A stretch of DNA of 47,971 nt, from contig JAFGJV010000027.1 in NCBI GenBank assembly GCA_016928955.1, positions 62,001 to 109,971 of the forward strand. The letters are read 5' to 3'. The notes below the pieces were generated by a model that was not told where the DNA came from, did not search any database, and was given only the letters and a program-made list of their open reading frames with translations. Origin of the DNA: Spirochaetales bacterium. Lineage in GTDB: Bacteria; Spirochaetota; Spirochaetia; Treponematales; UBA12059. A program made the translations under genes and the position numbers. Numbering within the stretch: position 1 is the stretch's first letter; each line of letters begins with the position of its first letter. Below, in pieces: positions 36,233 to 45,316 of the stretch.

Positions 36233-37590
36233 GGCAGGCCGTGGCCCTGGCCCTGGCCGTGCTGGCGGCGCTGCCGGGGTGGACGCAGGTGCACAGCTCG
36301 GCGTCGGCTCAGTCGCCGGCCGAGCTTGACGCTGCCGCCGGCGAGCTTGCCCAGACTGCCGGCCTCTTGGCCGCCGAACCCGTACAAAGGCCCCTGCGCT
36401 CGTCCGAGAGTCCCATGGTTTCCTGGCCCCATCACGCCGGCCCCGAACGCTACAGCCTGCCCATGCCCTTTGGCGAGCCGCAATTCGAGCACTACCGCTC
36501 AGCCTACCAGAGCCAGGGAGGCCAGGCATGGATAGCGGCCATAAGCCGACGCTCCCAGCCCTACGCCGCCTACGTGCGGGAACGCCTGCGCTTTTACGGC
36601 ATGCCGGAGGAGCTGTTCTACCTTCCCTTCATCGAGTCTGAGTACTCGCCCAGGGCCGTGTCCAAATCCGGGGCCGCCGGGCTGTGGCAGTTCATGAAAA
36701 ACAGCGTGGCCGGCTACAACATGCGCATAGACGAGTGGCTGGACGAACGCCGCGACTTCATGAAGAGCACGGACGGCGCCCTGCGCAAGCTCCAGTGGAA
36801 TTACGAGCGCTTTGGCGACTGGCTCCTGGCTATTGCGGCCTACAATTGCGGCGCGGGCGCCATGGACAGGGCCATAGCGGCGTCAGGCGGCTCGCGCGAC
36901 TATTGGTCGCTCAGGGAACGTTCCCTCATCCCGCCGGAAACCCGGTCCTACATACCCAAATTCCTGGCCGTTGCCTGGGTGGCCATGCACGCGGGGCGCA
37001 ACGGCATAGAGGCGGACTGGCCAGAGGCCTTCCGCTGGGCCACCGTGCCCGTCAGCCGCCCGGTGGACCTGGCCATGCTGGCAAAGGCGGCCGGCGTTCC
37101 CGAGGATGAGCTTAAAGCGGGCAACGCCGAGCTGCGTTACGGGGTCACCCCACCGACCGGCGGCTACCTCCTCAAGGTGCCGGAAGGAACCGAGGCGGCC
37201 ATCCTGGAAGCCCTGGCGTCGCCGGATCGGCTCATGAGCGTGTACCTGCACCAGGTACGGTCTGGCGACACGGTATCCGCCCTCGCGCGCCACTACGACG
37301 TGCCCGTGTCCCTGATCGCGTCGCTGAACCCCGGCCTCAATCCAGACCGCATACGCATAGGCCAGACCATAGCCGTGCCCACCTTCAAGGAACGCGCCCC
37401 GTACTCGAGCGCTTCTGGCGACGACCAGCTGGTGTTCGGCGGCCGCTACACCGTGCGCCCCGGCGACACGCTGTGGAGCATATCCCTGGTGTACGGCGTC
37501 CAGCCGGAAACCCTGGCGGAGCGGAACGGCCTTACGCTCACCAGCGTCCTTCGTGAAGGAATCAGCCTCAACGTGCCGATACTGGAATGA
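36229..37590 (+). CDS. MltD-like lytic transglycosylase with two LysM domains
   Basis: LPFIESEY catalytic Glu, AAGLWQFM, AAYNCG and ETRSYIPK; LysM motifs HQVRSGDTV and YTVRPGDTLWSIS; ATGA overlap. Confidence 0.92.
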   Translation: MRQAVALALAVLAALPGWTQVHSSASAQSPAELDAAAGELAQTAGLLAAEPVQRPLRSSESPMVSWPHHAGPERYSLPMPFGEPQFEHYRSAYQSQGGQAWIAAISRRSQPYAAYVRERLRFYGMPEELFYLPFIESEYSPRAVSKSGAAGLWQFMKNSVAGYNMRIDEWLDERRDFMKSTDGALRKLQWNYERFGDWLLAIAAYNCGAGAMDRAIAASGGSRDYWSLRERSLIPPETRSYIPKFLAVAWVAMHAGRNGIEADWPEAFRWATVPVSRPVDLAMLAKAAGVPEDELKAGNAELRYGVTPPTGGYLLKVPEGTEAAILEALASPDRLMSVYLHQVRSGDTVSALARHYDVPVSLIASLNPGLNPDRIRIGQTIAVPTFKERAPYSSASGDDQLVFGGRYTVRPGDTLWSISLVYGVQPETLAERNGLTLTSVLREGISLNVPILE

Positions 37591-38459
37591 TGGACATCCG
37601 CAAATACGGGCGCGCCGTCCCGCAAGCGGCGCTCATGATCGTGTGCCTGGCCGTTGCCCTGTCGGCAGGGGCCCAGGACGCGGCAGCGCCCACCATCCAG
37701 GCCAGCGTGGACTGGACGGCGGGGATCATGCACGCCCGGGTGTCGGTGGATATCGTGGCCGCCGGCATTCGCCTGCCCTCGGGACGCGCCGAGGCCGAGC
37801 GTCTGCTGGAGCGCTCGGCGTCTGACCTGGTAGAGCCGACCGTCCTGGCCATAGCCGTGGACTCGTACCGCACGGTGGCCGACACCCTGGACGACGGCTC
37901 GCTCGATACCGCCGGGTTCCGTGCCTACCTGGACAGCGGCGTCAAGCGCCAGACGGCCATGAGCGCGGACGGGCGCAGCCTGAGCTCGGAGTTCGAGTGG
38001 AAGCTGGCAGACCTGGCCGGCCTGTACGTCAGGCACAGCGCGCCCCTGGACCTGCCGCCGGCAGGCGCTTACGTGCCCACCAAGTCCTACACGGGCATAG
38101 TCGTCTACCTGAAGGGCGACCTGCCGGTGCGCGGCGAGCACGACCACGCCCAGCTCCAGCCCTGCCTGTTTCCCAAGCTCTGGGACGAGAACATGAACGT
38201 GCTCATGGACCGCAACCGCATGTCGCCGGAACTCCTGTCAGCCTGGGGACCCGTGGCCTATGCCACGGACGCCGGCGACCCCTCCCTGTTCTGGCGCGTG
38301 GGCGACGATCCCCTGCGTGTCATGGCCCAGTCGATTTTCGGCTCGTTCAAGACCGACGCCGTGATCACCAGGGCAGACGCGCAGCGCATACTCGGCGACC
38401 CCGTCAATCGTTCCCTGATACGGGACGGACGGATTGTCTTCGTGGTCGACCAGCCTTAG
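37587..38459 (+). CDS. Secreted conserved hypothetical protein
   Basis: Signal peptide (…ALSAGA); YTGIVVY…PCLFPKLWDE block; ATGA-coupled to the transglycosylase. Confidence 0.7.
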   Translation: MMDIRKYGRAVPQAALMIVCLAVALSAGAQDAAAPTIQASVDWTAGIMHARVSVDIVAAGIRLPSGRAEAERLLERSASDLVEPTVLAIAVDSYRTVADTLDDGSLDTAGFRAYLDSGVKRQTAMSADGRSLSSEFEWKLADLAGLYVRHSAPLDLPPAGAYVPTKSYTGIVVYLKGDLPVRGEHDHAQLQPCLFPKLWDENMNVLMDRNRMSPELLSAWGPVAYATDAGDPSLFWRVGDDPLRVMAQSIFGSFKTDAVITRADAQRILGDPVNRSLIRDGRIVFVVDQP

Positions 38460-38478
38460 GCGGACGGCAGCGCGGCGT

Positions 38479-38510
38479 AAAAAAAAGGCGGCCTCTTGGC
38501 CGCCTTTTTT
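38479..38510. terminator. Bidirectional intrinsic terminator
   Basis: A8-GGCGGCC-TCTT-GGCCGCC-T6 between convergent genes. Confidence 0.9.
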
Positions 38511-38525
38511 AGTCCGTGCCCCGCG

Positions 38526-39758
38526 TCAGCGCTGGGCCAGTATCAGTCGCAGGAACACCTTTGCGTCGCCTACGATGTTCTCTATCTTGGCGTACTCGTT
38601 TGGCGCGTGCATGGTCTCGTCCTGGCGGCTCCACACCACGCAGGGAAAGCCCGCCTTGCGCAGGTACGCGCCCACGGTGCCGCCGCCTATGCCCACGGCC
38701 TTGGCCTTGACGCCGTAAGTGTCCTCCACGGCCTTGGACAGGAGGGTAACCACCGGCGCGTCCACCGGCGTGGCGGGGCTTTCATTGCGCTGCACCACCT
38801 CGTAGCTCATTTTGACGCCGTATTTGGCCGCCACCTTGTCCATGCGGGCCTGGCATTCCTTGAGCACGCGGTCCACGGAGTACTGGGGCAACACGCGCAT
38901 GTCCACGTAAAAAACGTCATCCGCCGGCACCGTGTTGATGTTCGGCACGTTGGCGTCCTTTTTGGTGGGCGTTATGGTGGAGCGCTGGGGATCAAAAATG
39001 GGATCGCGGTCGGTGAACACCTCGGTCTCCATGCGGTTCAGCTCCAGGGCCAGCTCGCAGTTGGCCAGGAAGGCGTTTGCGCCGTCGTCCGGCCTTGAGG
39101 CATGGCACTGCTTGCCCTTGGTGGCCACCTTGAGCCAGCATATGTTCTTTTCCGCGGTCTCTATCTCCGAGCCGTCGGCCTTGCCGCCGTCAGGCACCAC
39201 GATCAGGTCGTCGGCCTGAAACAGCTGGCGGTTGGCCAGGAGCCACTGAATGCCGTACACGGACCCGAACTCCTCGTCGGCCACCAGGAGGAGCTTGACG
39301 TCGTGCTCGGGCTGGATGCCGTTGTCCAGCAGGGCCAGGGCGGCGAACACGCCGGACACCAGACCCTGCTGGTTGTCCTCAACGCCGCGGCCGTACAGCT
39401 TGCCGTCCTTGAGCACGGCCTTAAAGGGCTCGGTGTCCCACAGGGAGCGGTCTCCCTCAGGCACCACGTCCGTGTGCGCCATGATCCAGACGCGCTTGCC
39501 GGGGTTTTTGCCCTTGATGGTCACCACCAGGTTTGGGCGCTTGCCCGCGCTCACCCGGGGATCGGGCGCGTCGTGGTGCTCTATGTCGGTAAGGCCCTTG
39601 CTCCTGAGCCAGGCTTCCAGGGCCTCGGCTTTCTTCCATTCGCCGTCGCCGCCGGATTCCGGGGCCAGGGCGGGTATGGCCGTGAGCAGGGTCTCCAGCT
39701 CCACTATTCCAGGCTCGGCCTTGTCCAGGTAGGCCAAAGCCGACTTGATATCTCCCAT
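38526..39758 (-). CDS. M20 family metallopeptidase (DapE/ArgE-like)
   Basis: AHTDVVP, YGRGVEDN, ADEE, HAS and MHAPNE; SD AGGAGG. Confidence 0.92.
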   Translation of the reverse strand: MGDIKSALAYLDKAEPGIVELETLLTAIPALAPESGGDGEWKKAEALEAWLRSKGLTDIEHHDAPDPRVSAGKRPNLVVTIKGKNPGKRVWIMAHTDVVPEGDRSLWDTEPFKAVLKDGKLYGRGVEDNQQGLVSGVFAALALLDNGIQPEHDVKLLLVADEEFGSVYGIQWLLANRQLFQADDLIVVPDGGKADGSEIETAEKNICWLKVATKGKQCHASRPDDGANAFLANCELALELNRMETEVFTDRDPIFDPQRSTITPTKKDANVPNINTVPADDVFYVDMRVLPQYSVDRVLKECQARMDKVAAKYGVKMSYEVVQRNESPATPVDAPVVTLLSKAVEDTYGVKAKAVGIGGGTVGAYLRKAGFPCVVWSRQDETMHAPNEYAKIENIVGDAKVFLRLILAQR

Positions 39759-39813
39759 CTCGTCCTCCTTTTAACCGAACATGACGATGCGGCCGCCGCG
39801 TCCCGCGGTCCTC

Positions 39814-40788
39814 TCAGGCGCCGGATCGCTGATAGGCGCGCCAGGTGGTTTCCACGATGCTGTCCAGACCTGAGTGCCTTGCTTCCCAGCCCAGGATGTC
39901 CCTGGCTTTGGCCGAGCTGGCCACCAGCGTGGCCGGGTCGCCGGGCCGCCGCGGCAGGACCTTGGCCGGGATGGACGTGCCCGTGATGCGCCGGGCCGCT
40001 TCCAGTATCTCGTACACGGACAGGCCGTTCTCGGAGCCCAGGTTGACCGTGAGGCTGGCCGAGCCCGACGCCAGGGCGTCCAGGGCCTGGGCATGGGCCA
40101 AGGCCAGGTCGCTGACATGCACGTAGTCGCGCACGCCGGTGCCGTCCCGGGTTGGATAGTCGTCGCCAAAAACGCCCAGTTCGGGCCTTTTGCCCGCGGC
40201 AACCTCCATGACCACCGGTATGAGGTTGGCGGGGTTGCTTTCCAGGCCCCTGACCCTGCCCTGGGCATCGTACCCGGCGGCGTTGAAGTAGCGCAAGGCC
40301 GCGTAGCGCAGCCCCAGGAGCCTGTCGTACCAGGCCAGGACGCGTTCTATCTCCAGCTTGGTAAAGCCGTAAAAGTTGGCTGGCTCCGTGGGGTGGCCCT
40401 CGTCCACGGGCAGGTAGGCCGGCTCGCCGTACACGGCCGCCGAACTTGAGAACACCAGTATCCTGGTTCCGGCTTCGGCCATGGCGTTCAGTATGTTGAT
40501 GGTTCCGGACAGGTTGTTGCGGGCGTATTTGCCCGGCTCAACCATGGATTCCCCGGCGGCCTTGAGGGCCGCCAGGTGGATAACCGCGTCAAAGCCCTTG
40601 GCCATGGCGGCGCTCAGGGCGAGCGGATCCATGATGTCTCCCCTTATCAGGGCGTTGCCCGGATGCAGGTTTTCCTCCCGGCCACTGGAAAGATTGTCGA
40701 ACACCGTGATCGAGTGCCCGCGACCGGCCAGTTCCAGGGCCACGTGCGAGCCGATGTACCCCGCTCCGCCTATGACGAGTACGTTCAT
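39814..40788 (-). CDS. galE: UDP-glucose 4-epimerase
   Basis: GGAGYIGSH, FSSSAAVYG, YGFTK, LRYFNAAG and DGTGVRDYVHV; SD AAGGAG. Confidence 0.95.
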   Translation of the reverse strand: MNVLVIGGAGYIGSHVALELAGRGHSITVFDNLSSGREENLHPGNALIRGDIMDPLALSAAMAKGFDAVIHLAALKAAGESMVEPGKYARNNLSGTINILNAMAEAGTRILVFSSSAAVYGEPAYLPVDEGHPTEPANFYGFTKLEIERVLAWYDRLLGLRYAALRYFNAAGYDAQGRVRGLESNPANLIPVVMEVAAGKRPELGVFGDDYPTRDGTGVRDYVHVSDLALAHAQALDALASGSASLTVNLGSENGLSVYEILEAARRITGTSIPAKVLPRRPGDPATLVASSAKARDILGWEARHSGLDSIVETTWRAYQRSGA

Positions 40789-40845
40789 GAAGTGCTGTCT
40801 CCTTGGCAATCTGATCAAAGGTTCCCCGCAACGTGGCGGCGGACG

Positions 40846-42393
40846 CTATTCCAGCGCCACCTGCCCGCCCAGGCGGCCCCGTATTTCCAGAAAATCTGGC
40901 AGGGAGCTCATAAATATATCCACCAGGGCCGGATCGAACTGCGAACCCGCGTGCTCTCTGAAATACGCCACGGCCCTGTCCACCGTCCACGCCGGCCTGT
41001 ACACCCTATCGTTGGTCAGGGCGTCAAACACGTCGGCTATGGCCGCTATGCGCGCGTAGGGATGGATATCGTCGCCCGCAAGCCCGACGGGGTACCCCGT
41101 CCCGTCCCAGCGCTCGTGGTGCTGGCTGGCCACCGTGGCCGCTGCTTGGAACAGGTCCCGGCGGCTGAAGGCAAGCATCCCGGCGCCCAGGGCGGAATGG
41201 CCCTTCATGATAGCATACTCCTTGTCGTCCAGGGGACCGGGTTTGTTGAGAATCACGTCCGGTATGGCCACCTTGCCTATGTCGTGCACGGCGCTGGCCA
41301 CGGCCACCAGGTCAGACTCTTCCTCCGTGCGGCCGGACAGCAGGGCCAGAAGCCTGGCGTACTCGGACACGCGCTGGACATGATGGCCCGTTTCCTGCGA
41401 ACGGCGCTCTATGATGTCGCCCAGGGTAAAGATCAGCGAGCGGTAGTCCTCTTCCACCTCGCGGTTCAGGTATATGTTGTCAAAGGCTATGCCAACGTTC
41501 ATGCTGAAAATATTGACCAGCTCTGAGTCCAAGGCCCCCATTCCGGGGCAGTTTTCCAGGTACACGATGTTCTGGGAGCCGGTCTTGGTCTCTATATAGC
41601 CCACGTACACGGAATCCGCGTAACTGGACGACTTGCTGTCCATGGCCTGCCGTATCCTGTCCATGCCCCTGGCGGGCAGGAAGTCCTCAAGGCGCTTGCC
41701 TATGGCGTCCTGGAAACGGCCGGAGGCGGCAAGCACCACAAAGCCCTCTCCCTCCTTGGTGGCGGTAAAGCCGCCCATGCCCATGTAGAGGGCGTCCCGC
41801 TCCAGGGTAACCAGGCCGCTCAGCTGCTCCAGCACCCCGGAGGCGAATTTCTTGAGCGACTGCAGCTCGAATATGCGCGCGGACGCGTCAATGATCTTCT
41901 CAAGGCCGTGGCGGTTGCGCTCTATCAGCATGATGTCGCGGTACGAGCGGACGGCGGACACCATGGTGGTGTACAGCTTCTGGGCGGTCAGCTCGGTTTT
42001 TTCCCGGTAATCGTTGATGTCGTATTCCAGGATGACCTTGTTCTCCGGAGCCATGCCCGGCTGGCCCGTCCTGAGCACGATGCGGACAAAGGAATTTCCC
42101 AGGGTCTCCCTGATGTAGCGTACCAGCTTGAGGCCCGCGTCCTCGCCGTCCATCACCACGTCCAAAAGGATCACCGCCACGTCAGGATGCTCGGCCAGGA
42201 CCTGCTTGGCCTCGGTGGACGAATACGCCGACAGGAAATCCAGGGAACGGCCGCCGAAGGAAAAGGTGGACAGCACAAGCCTGGTGATGTGGTGCACGTC
42301 GTCTTCGTCGTCGACTATGAGGACTTTCCACCCGTTCGGCTCAGCGCCGGCTACGGGTTCCAGGACATTGTCCGCCATCTCGTGGTCGCTCAC
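40846..42393 (-). CDS. Response regulator with DUF3369 and HD-GYP phosphodiesterase domains
   Basis: LIVDDE, LLDVVM and RTGQPG receiver motifs; HDIGK, HHERWDGTGYP and ADVFDAL; GTGA overlap with the kinase. Confidence 0.92.
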   Translation of the reverse strand: MSDHEMADNVLEPVAGAEPNGWKVLIVDDEDDVHHITRLVLSTFSFGGRSLDFLSAYSSTEAKQVLAEHPDVAVILLDVVMDGEDAGLKLVRYIRETLGNSFVRIVLRTGQPGMAPENKVILEYDINDYREKTELTAQKLYTTMVSAVRSYRDIMLIERNRHGLEKIIDASARIFELQSLKKFASGVLEQLSGLVTLERDALYMGMGGFTATKEGEGFVVLAASGRFQDAIGKRLEDFLPARGMDRIRQAMDSKSSSYADSVYVGYIETKTGSQNIVYLENCPGMGALDSELVNIFSMNVGIAFDNIYLNREVEEDYRSLIFTLGDIIERRSQETGHHVQRVSEYARLLALLSGRTEEESDLVAVASAVHDIGKVAIPDVILNKPGPLDDKEYAIMKGHSALGAGMLAFSRRDLFQAAATVASQHHERWDGTGYPVGLAGDDIHPYARIAAIADVFDALTNDRVYRPAWTVDRAVAYFREHAGSQFDPALVDIFMSSLPDFLEIRGRLGGQVALE

Positions 42394-43895
42394 GCGGCCC
42401 CCTCTCCGTCGCTTTCCGCGGGCATCCGCGGCAGGCTGATCGTGAATCGCGTCCCCTTGCCTTCCTGGCTTTCGCAGCTGACCGTACCGCCAAGCCCGGA
42501 CACGATGGAATGCAATATGTACAAGCCCAAACCCGACCCGCCGCTCTCCGCTTTGGTTGTGAAGAAGGGTTCGAAAATCCTGGGTAGCACGCTGGAGCCT
42601 ATGCCGGCCCCGTCATCAGAATACCTGAGCCGGAGCCACTCGCCATCCATCCCGGCTTCTATGCGCATGACGCCGCCCTGGTCTTCACGGTAGGCGTGGT
42701 TCAGGGAATTCACTATCAGGTTGGTCAGGATCTGCGACAGCTGTCCGGGGTCGCAGTTCCAGTGCAGGTCCTCCGGTATGTCCACGTCTATCCTGTGCCG
42801 CGTGCGCTTAAGCCGTGGCCGCAGGCTGAGAACCACGTCGCTCACGTAATCCCTGAGCCTGACCAGGCGGACGCGGCCCGCGCCCTGGTCCACCGCCAGG
42901 CGTTTGAAGCTGGCCAGGAAATCCAGGGCCTTGCGGATATTGGACAGAAGGATGGAGCCGGCGTCTTCCACGTCGGACAGGAACGCCCCCAGCTCGTCCG
43001 GTTCCAGGGAGCCCGAGTCCAGCGCCCGGCGCAGGTCCTTGACGCGTTCCTGCAGGTGGGATGCCGCCGTGACGCCGACGCCCAAGGGCGTGTTCACCTC
43101 ATGGGCTACCCCGGCGCTCATGCTCCCGAGCAGGGCCAGGCGCTCAGATTCCACCAGCCTGGCGTTCCGCTCGGTGATGAGTTTCTCCAGGCTGGACGAG
43201 TAGTCAGCCAGCATATCCGCCATGCGGTCCAGCCCCCGGGCCAACTCGCCGAGCTCGTCCGTGCGCCTGGCCACAAGGCCCGTGCGAGCGCCAAGATCCA
43301 TGCCGCCCAGGCGGGAGACCACCGCTCCCAGATTCCGTATGTCCCTGACCAGGGATCTCCTGGCGTATATAACCAGGGCTATGACGGCCACAAAAGAAGC
43401 GGCCAGCAAGAGCAACAGGATCCGCAGGAGGGTGCGCACAACGGTGACACGCACAACCTGGAAATCCAGGCCAGCGTCCACGCGTCCCAGGAGCACCCCG
43501 TCAGACTCGATCTCAACGGTCACCCGGTGGTCGGAAGGCCGCTCGCCCGGATACAGCTCGCCCGCGGTCATGGGAAGGACCTTGCCCATGCTGGTGCGCA
43601 CAAAGCCGGCGAGCATACGTCCGTCGGCGGCATACGCGGCGGCCCGCACCAGGCGCTCGTCCTCCATCTCGACGCTCAGCATGGCCGCCGCCGCCCCGGC
43701 ATCGCCTGACCGAAGCGCCGCGCCCAGGGTGACATTCAGGCGCTTACCCAGCATCCGGGTAAAGTCGTCCAGCTCGTCCTTCAGGCCTTGGCGAGCCCCC
43801 AGCGCCAGGGCGCCCGCTACCAGCAGGAACAGAGGGAGAAAAATTCCGGCGGCCACCAGGTTTATGCGCCTGGACAACCTCGCGGGCGCTTTCAA
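42390..43895 (-). CDS. Membrane-bound HAMP sensor histidine kinase
   Basis: Two TM segments, HAMP (DELGELA), H-box AHEVNTPLG, N-box NLIVNS, DDGAG, FEPFFTTK and GSGLGL; TTG start with SD GGGAGG. Confidence 0.92.
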   Translation of the reverse strand: MKAPARLSRRINLVAAGIFLPLFLLVAGALALGARQGLKDELDDFTRMLGKRLNVTLGAALRSGDAGAAAAMLSVEMEDERLVRAAAYAADGRMLAGFVRTSMGKVLPMTAGELYPGERPSDHRVTVEIESDGVLLGRVDAGLDFQVVRVTVVRTLLRILLLLLAASFVAVIALVIYARRSLVRDIRNLGAVVSRLGGMDLGARTGLVARRTDELGELARGLDRMADMLADYSSSLEKLITERNARLVESERLALLGSMSAGVAHEVNTPLGVGVTAASHLQERVKDLRRALDSGSLEPDELGAFLSDVEDAGSILLSNIRKALDFLASFKRLAVDQGAGRVRLVRLRDYVSDVVLSLRPRLKRTRHRIDVDIPEDLHWNCDPGQLSQILTNLIVNSLNHAYREDQGGVMRIEAGMDGEWLRLRYSDDGAGIGSSVLPRIFEPFFTTKAESGGSGLGLYILHSIVSGLGGTVSCESQEGKGTRFTISLPRMPAESDGEGAA

Positions 43896-43937
43896 TCCCG
43901 CCTCCCGCGCGGTATGGGTTGAGCTGTCATAGGCTCA

Positions 43938-43966
43938 ATACTAGGCAACTTGAGCGCCTGAGGCAA
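43938..43966 (-). promoter_or_regulatory. Sigma-70-type promoter of the kinase/HD-GYP operon
   Basis: TTGCCT-17-TAGTAT. Confidence 0.55.
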
Positions 43967-44013
43967 GCCGCGCCTGGTGTCGCAAAACCTTGACGCGCGC
44001 CCGCCGGGCGGTA

Positions 44014-44691
44014 TCAGGGCTGGAAGCCCAGGTCCAAGCCGCCAAAGTACTCGGGTTGATGGAAACTGGCAAACAGCACCACGGGCCCCTTCCACAGGCA
44101 GGCCTCCCGGGCGTTCCAGAAACCGGCTCCTTCCAGCGCCTTGGCAACCAGCTCGCCGCAGTACTGCGCGTCGTCCGTGAGCCACGAATAGCCGTTGTCA
44201 AAGGGAAGTCTCTGCGACAAGGCCGCTTCCACCAGGGCCACAAAGCGGGTCCGAACCTGGTCATCCGGCCACAGGGGGCGGAACGCCGCGGCCGAACCCG
44301 CCCTGGACAGCCGGACAAAGTCATCCAGCCGGTGAACCTGGACGCCGTCGTGGTCGCCCAGGCTGCCGTTTATGGTATGCACCACGACCAGGCCGCCGTC
44401 ACGCTCGGTCACCACCCCGATATGCGAAAACGGCACGGACTCGGCCAGCGCTGCCACTATAAGGTCGGAGGAAAGGCCTGCGCCCCGCTGCAAGATGAGG
44501 TCACCGCTCCGGAGCACCATGGCCGCGTCCGGGCCCAGTTCCCCCCGGGGCAGACTGCGCCGCGGGAGCATGCCGGGCACCCTGACCAAAACGAGCGCCG
44601 CGCACAGCAGGAAGACGAGCAGGGCGTGGAAGAGTCCCAGGCAGCGCCGGATGAGCGGCCCTACATGGTTTTCTTGAAATCTACCTTCCAC
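44014..44691 (-). CDS. Permuted papain-like amidase (YiiX/YebB-like NlpC/P60)
   Basis: LRSGDLIL, FSHIGVV (His), PFD and QYCGELV (Cys after His, the permuted order); N-terminal TM. Start uncertain. Confidence 0.85.
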   Translation of the reverse strand: MEGRFQENHVGPLIRRCLGLFHALLVFLLCAALVLVRVPGMLPRRSLPRGELGPDAAMVLRSGDLILQRGAGLSSDLIVAALAESVPFSHIGVVTERDGGLVVVHTINGSLGDHDGVQVHRLDDFVRLSRAGSAAAFRPLWPDDQVRTRFVALVEAALSQRLPFDNGYSWLTDDAQYCGELVAKALEGAGFWNAREACLWKGPVVLFASFHQPEYFGGLDLGFQP

Positions 44692-45041
44692 GCGCTGTTT
44701 ATCCGTACCAGGTCCAGGGTCTGTTCGCCGTCGCTGTCGCCGCCCGTGTATGTCACCACGGCCGTGTCGCCGTCCACCCTTGAGGACACGATCCTGGGCT
44801 TGACGCCGGCCAGCTCGGCCTTCTGTTCTTCCATGCTCTCCTTGGCAGCGTCCAGCTCCATGAACCCGGCCATCATTTTCAGGGCGGCGGCCCCTTCGTC
44901 CGTGGCCAGCTTGGCCGCCCCGTCAAAGTCATACGCCACCAGCCGGTTGAGGAAATCCAGGGCCACCCCCTCGGGTCCCGCGGCCGAGCAGGCGGCGAGC
45001 GCCAAAACCAAAACGGCAACCGTAAGCACGCTGTATTTCAT
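44661..45041 (-). CDS. Small lipoprotein, DUF4878/NTF2-like
   Basis: Lipobox LALAAC; P..VA..F…D.D.A and DTAVV…LVRINSAWKV; SD GGAGG; promoter TTGACC-17-TAGGCT (45100-45072). Confidence 0.8.
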   Translation of the reverse strand: MKYSVLTVAVLVLALAACSAAGPEGVALDFLNRLVAYDFDGAAKLATDEGAAALKMMAGFMELDAAKESMEEQKAELAGVKPRIVSSRVDGDTAVVTYTGGDSDGEQTLDLVRINSAWKVDFKKTM

Positions 45042-45111
45042 GTTTCCCTCCGGCCGACAGGCCACCACCTGAGCCTAAGCCCGGGCATCCCGCGGGTCAA
45101 GGCAGAGGACC

Positions 45112-45142
45112 AAAAAAAAGGCCACTCCCAAGGGAGCGGCCT
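45112..45142 (-). terminator. tRNA-Phe terminator
   Basis: GGCCGCTCCC-TT-GGGAGTGGCC hairpin followed by T8 on the minus strand. Confidence 0.8.
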
Positions 45143-45143
45143 C

Positions 45144-45216
45144 TGCCACCGGTCAGAATTGAACTGACGACACGTGGATTTTCAGTCCACTGCTCTACCA
45201 ACTGAGCTACAGCGGC
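45144..45216 (-). tRNA. tRNA-Phe(GAA)
   Basis: GCCGCTG…TAGCTCAGTTGGTAGAGC, anticodon arm GTGGA-CTGAAAA-TCCAC and T arm GTCAG-TTCAATT-CTGAC; promoter TTGACC-17-TATAAA (45259-45231). Confidence 0.97.
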
Positions 45217-45316
45217 TTGTCGCGGAGACTTTTATACCGGATGAGCAAAAAAAGGTCAAGTGCGGACAAGCGTCGCCCAATGGCGCATCCGCCTCAGGCC
45301 TTGCTATACTCGTTGC

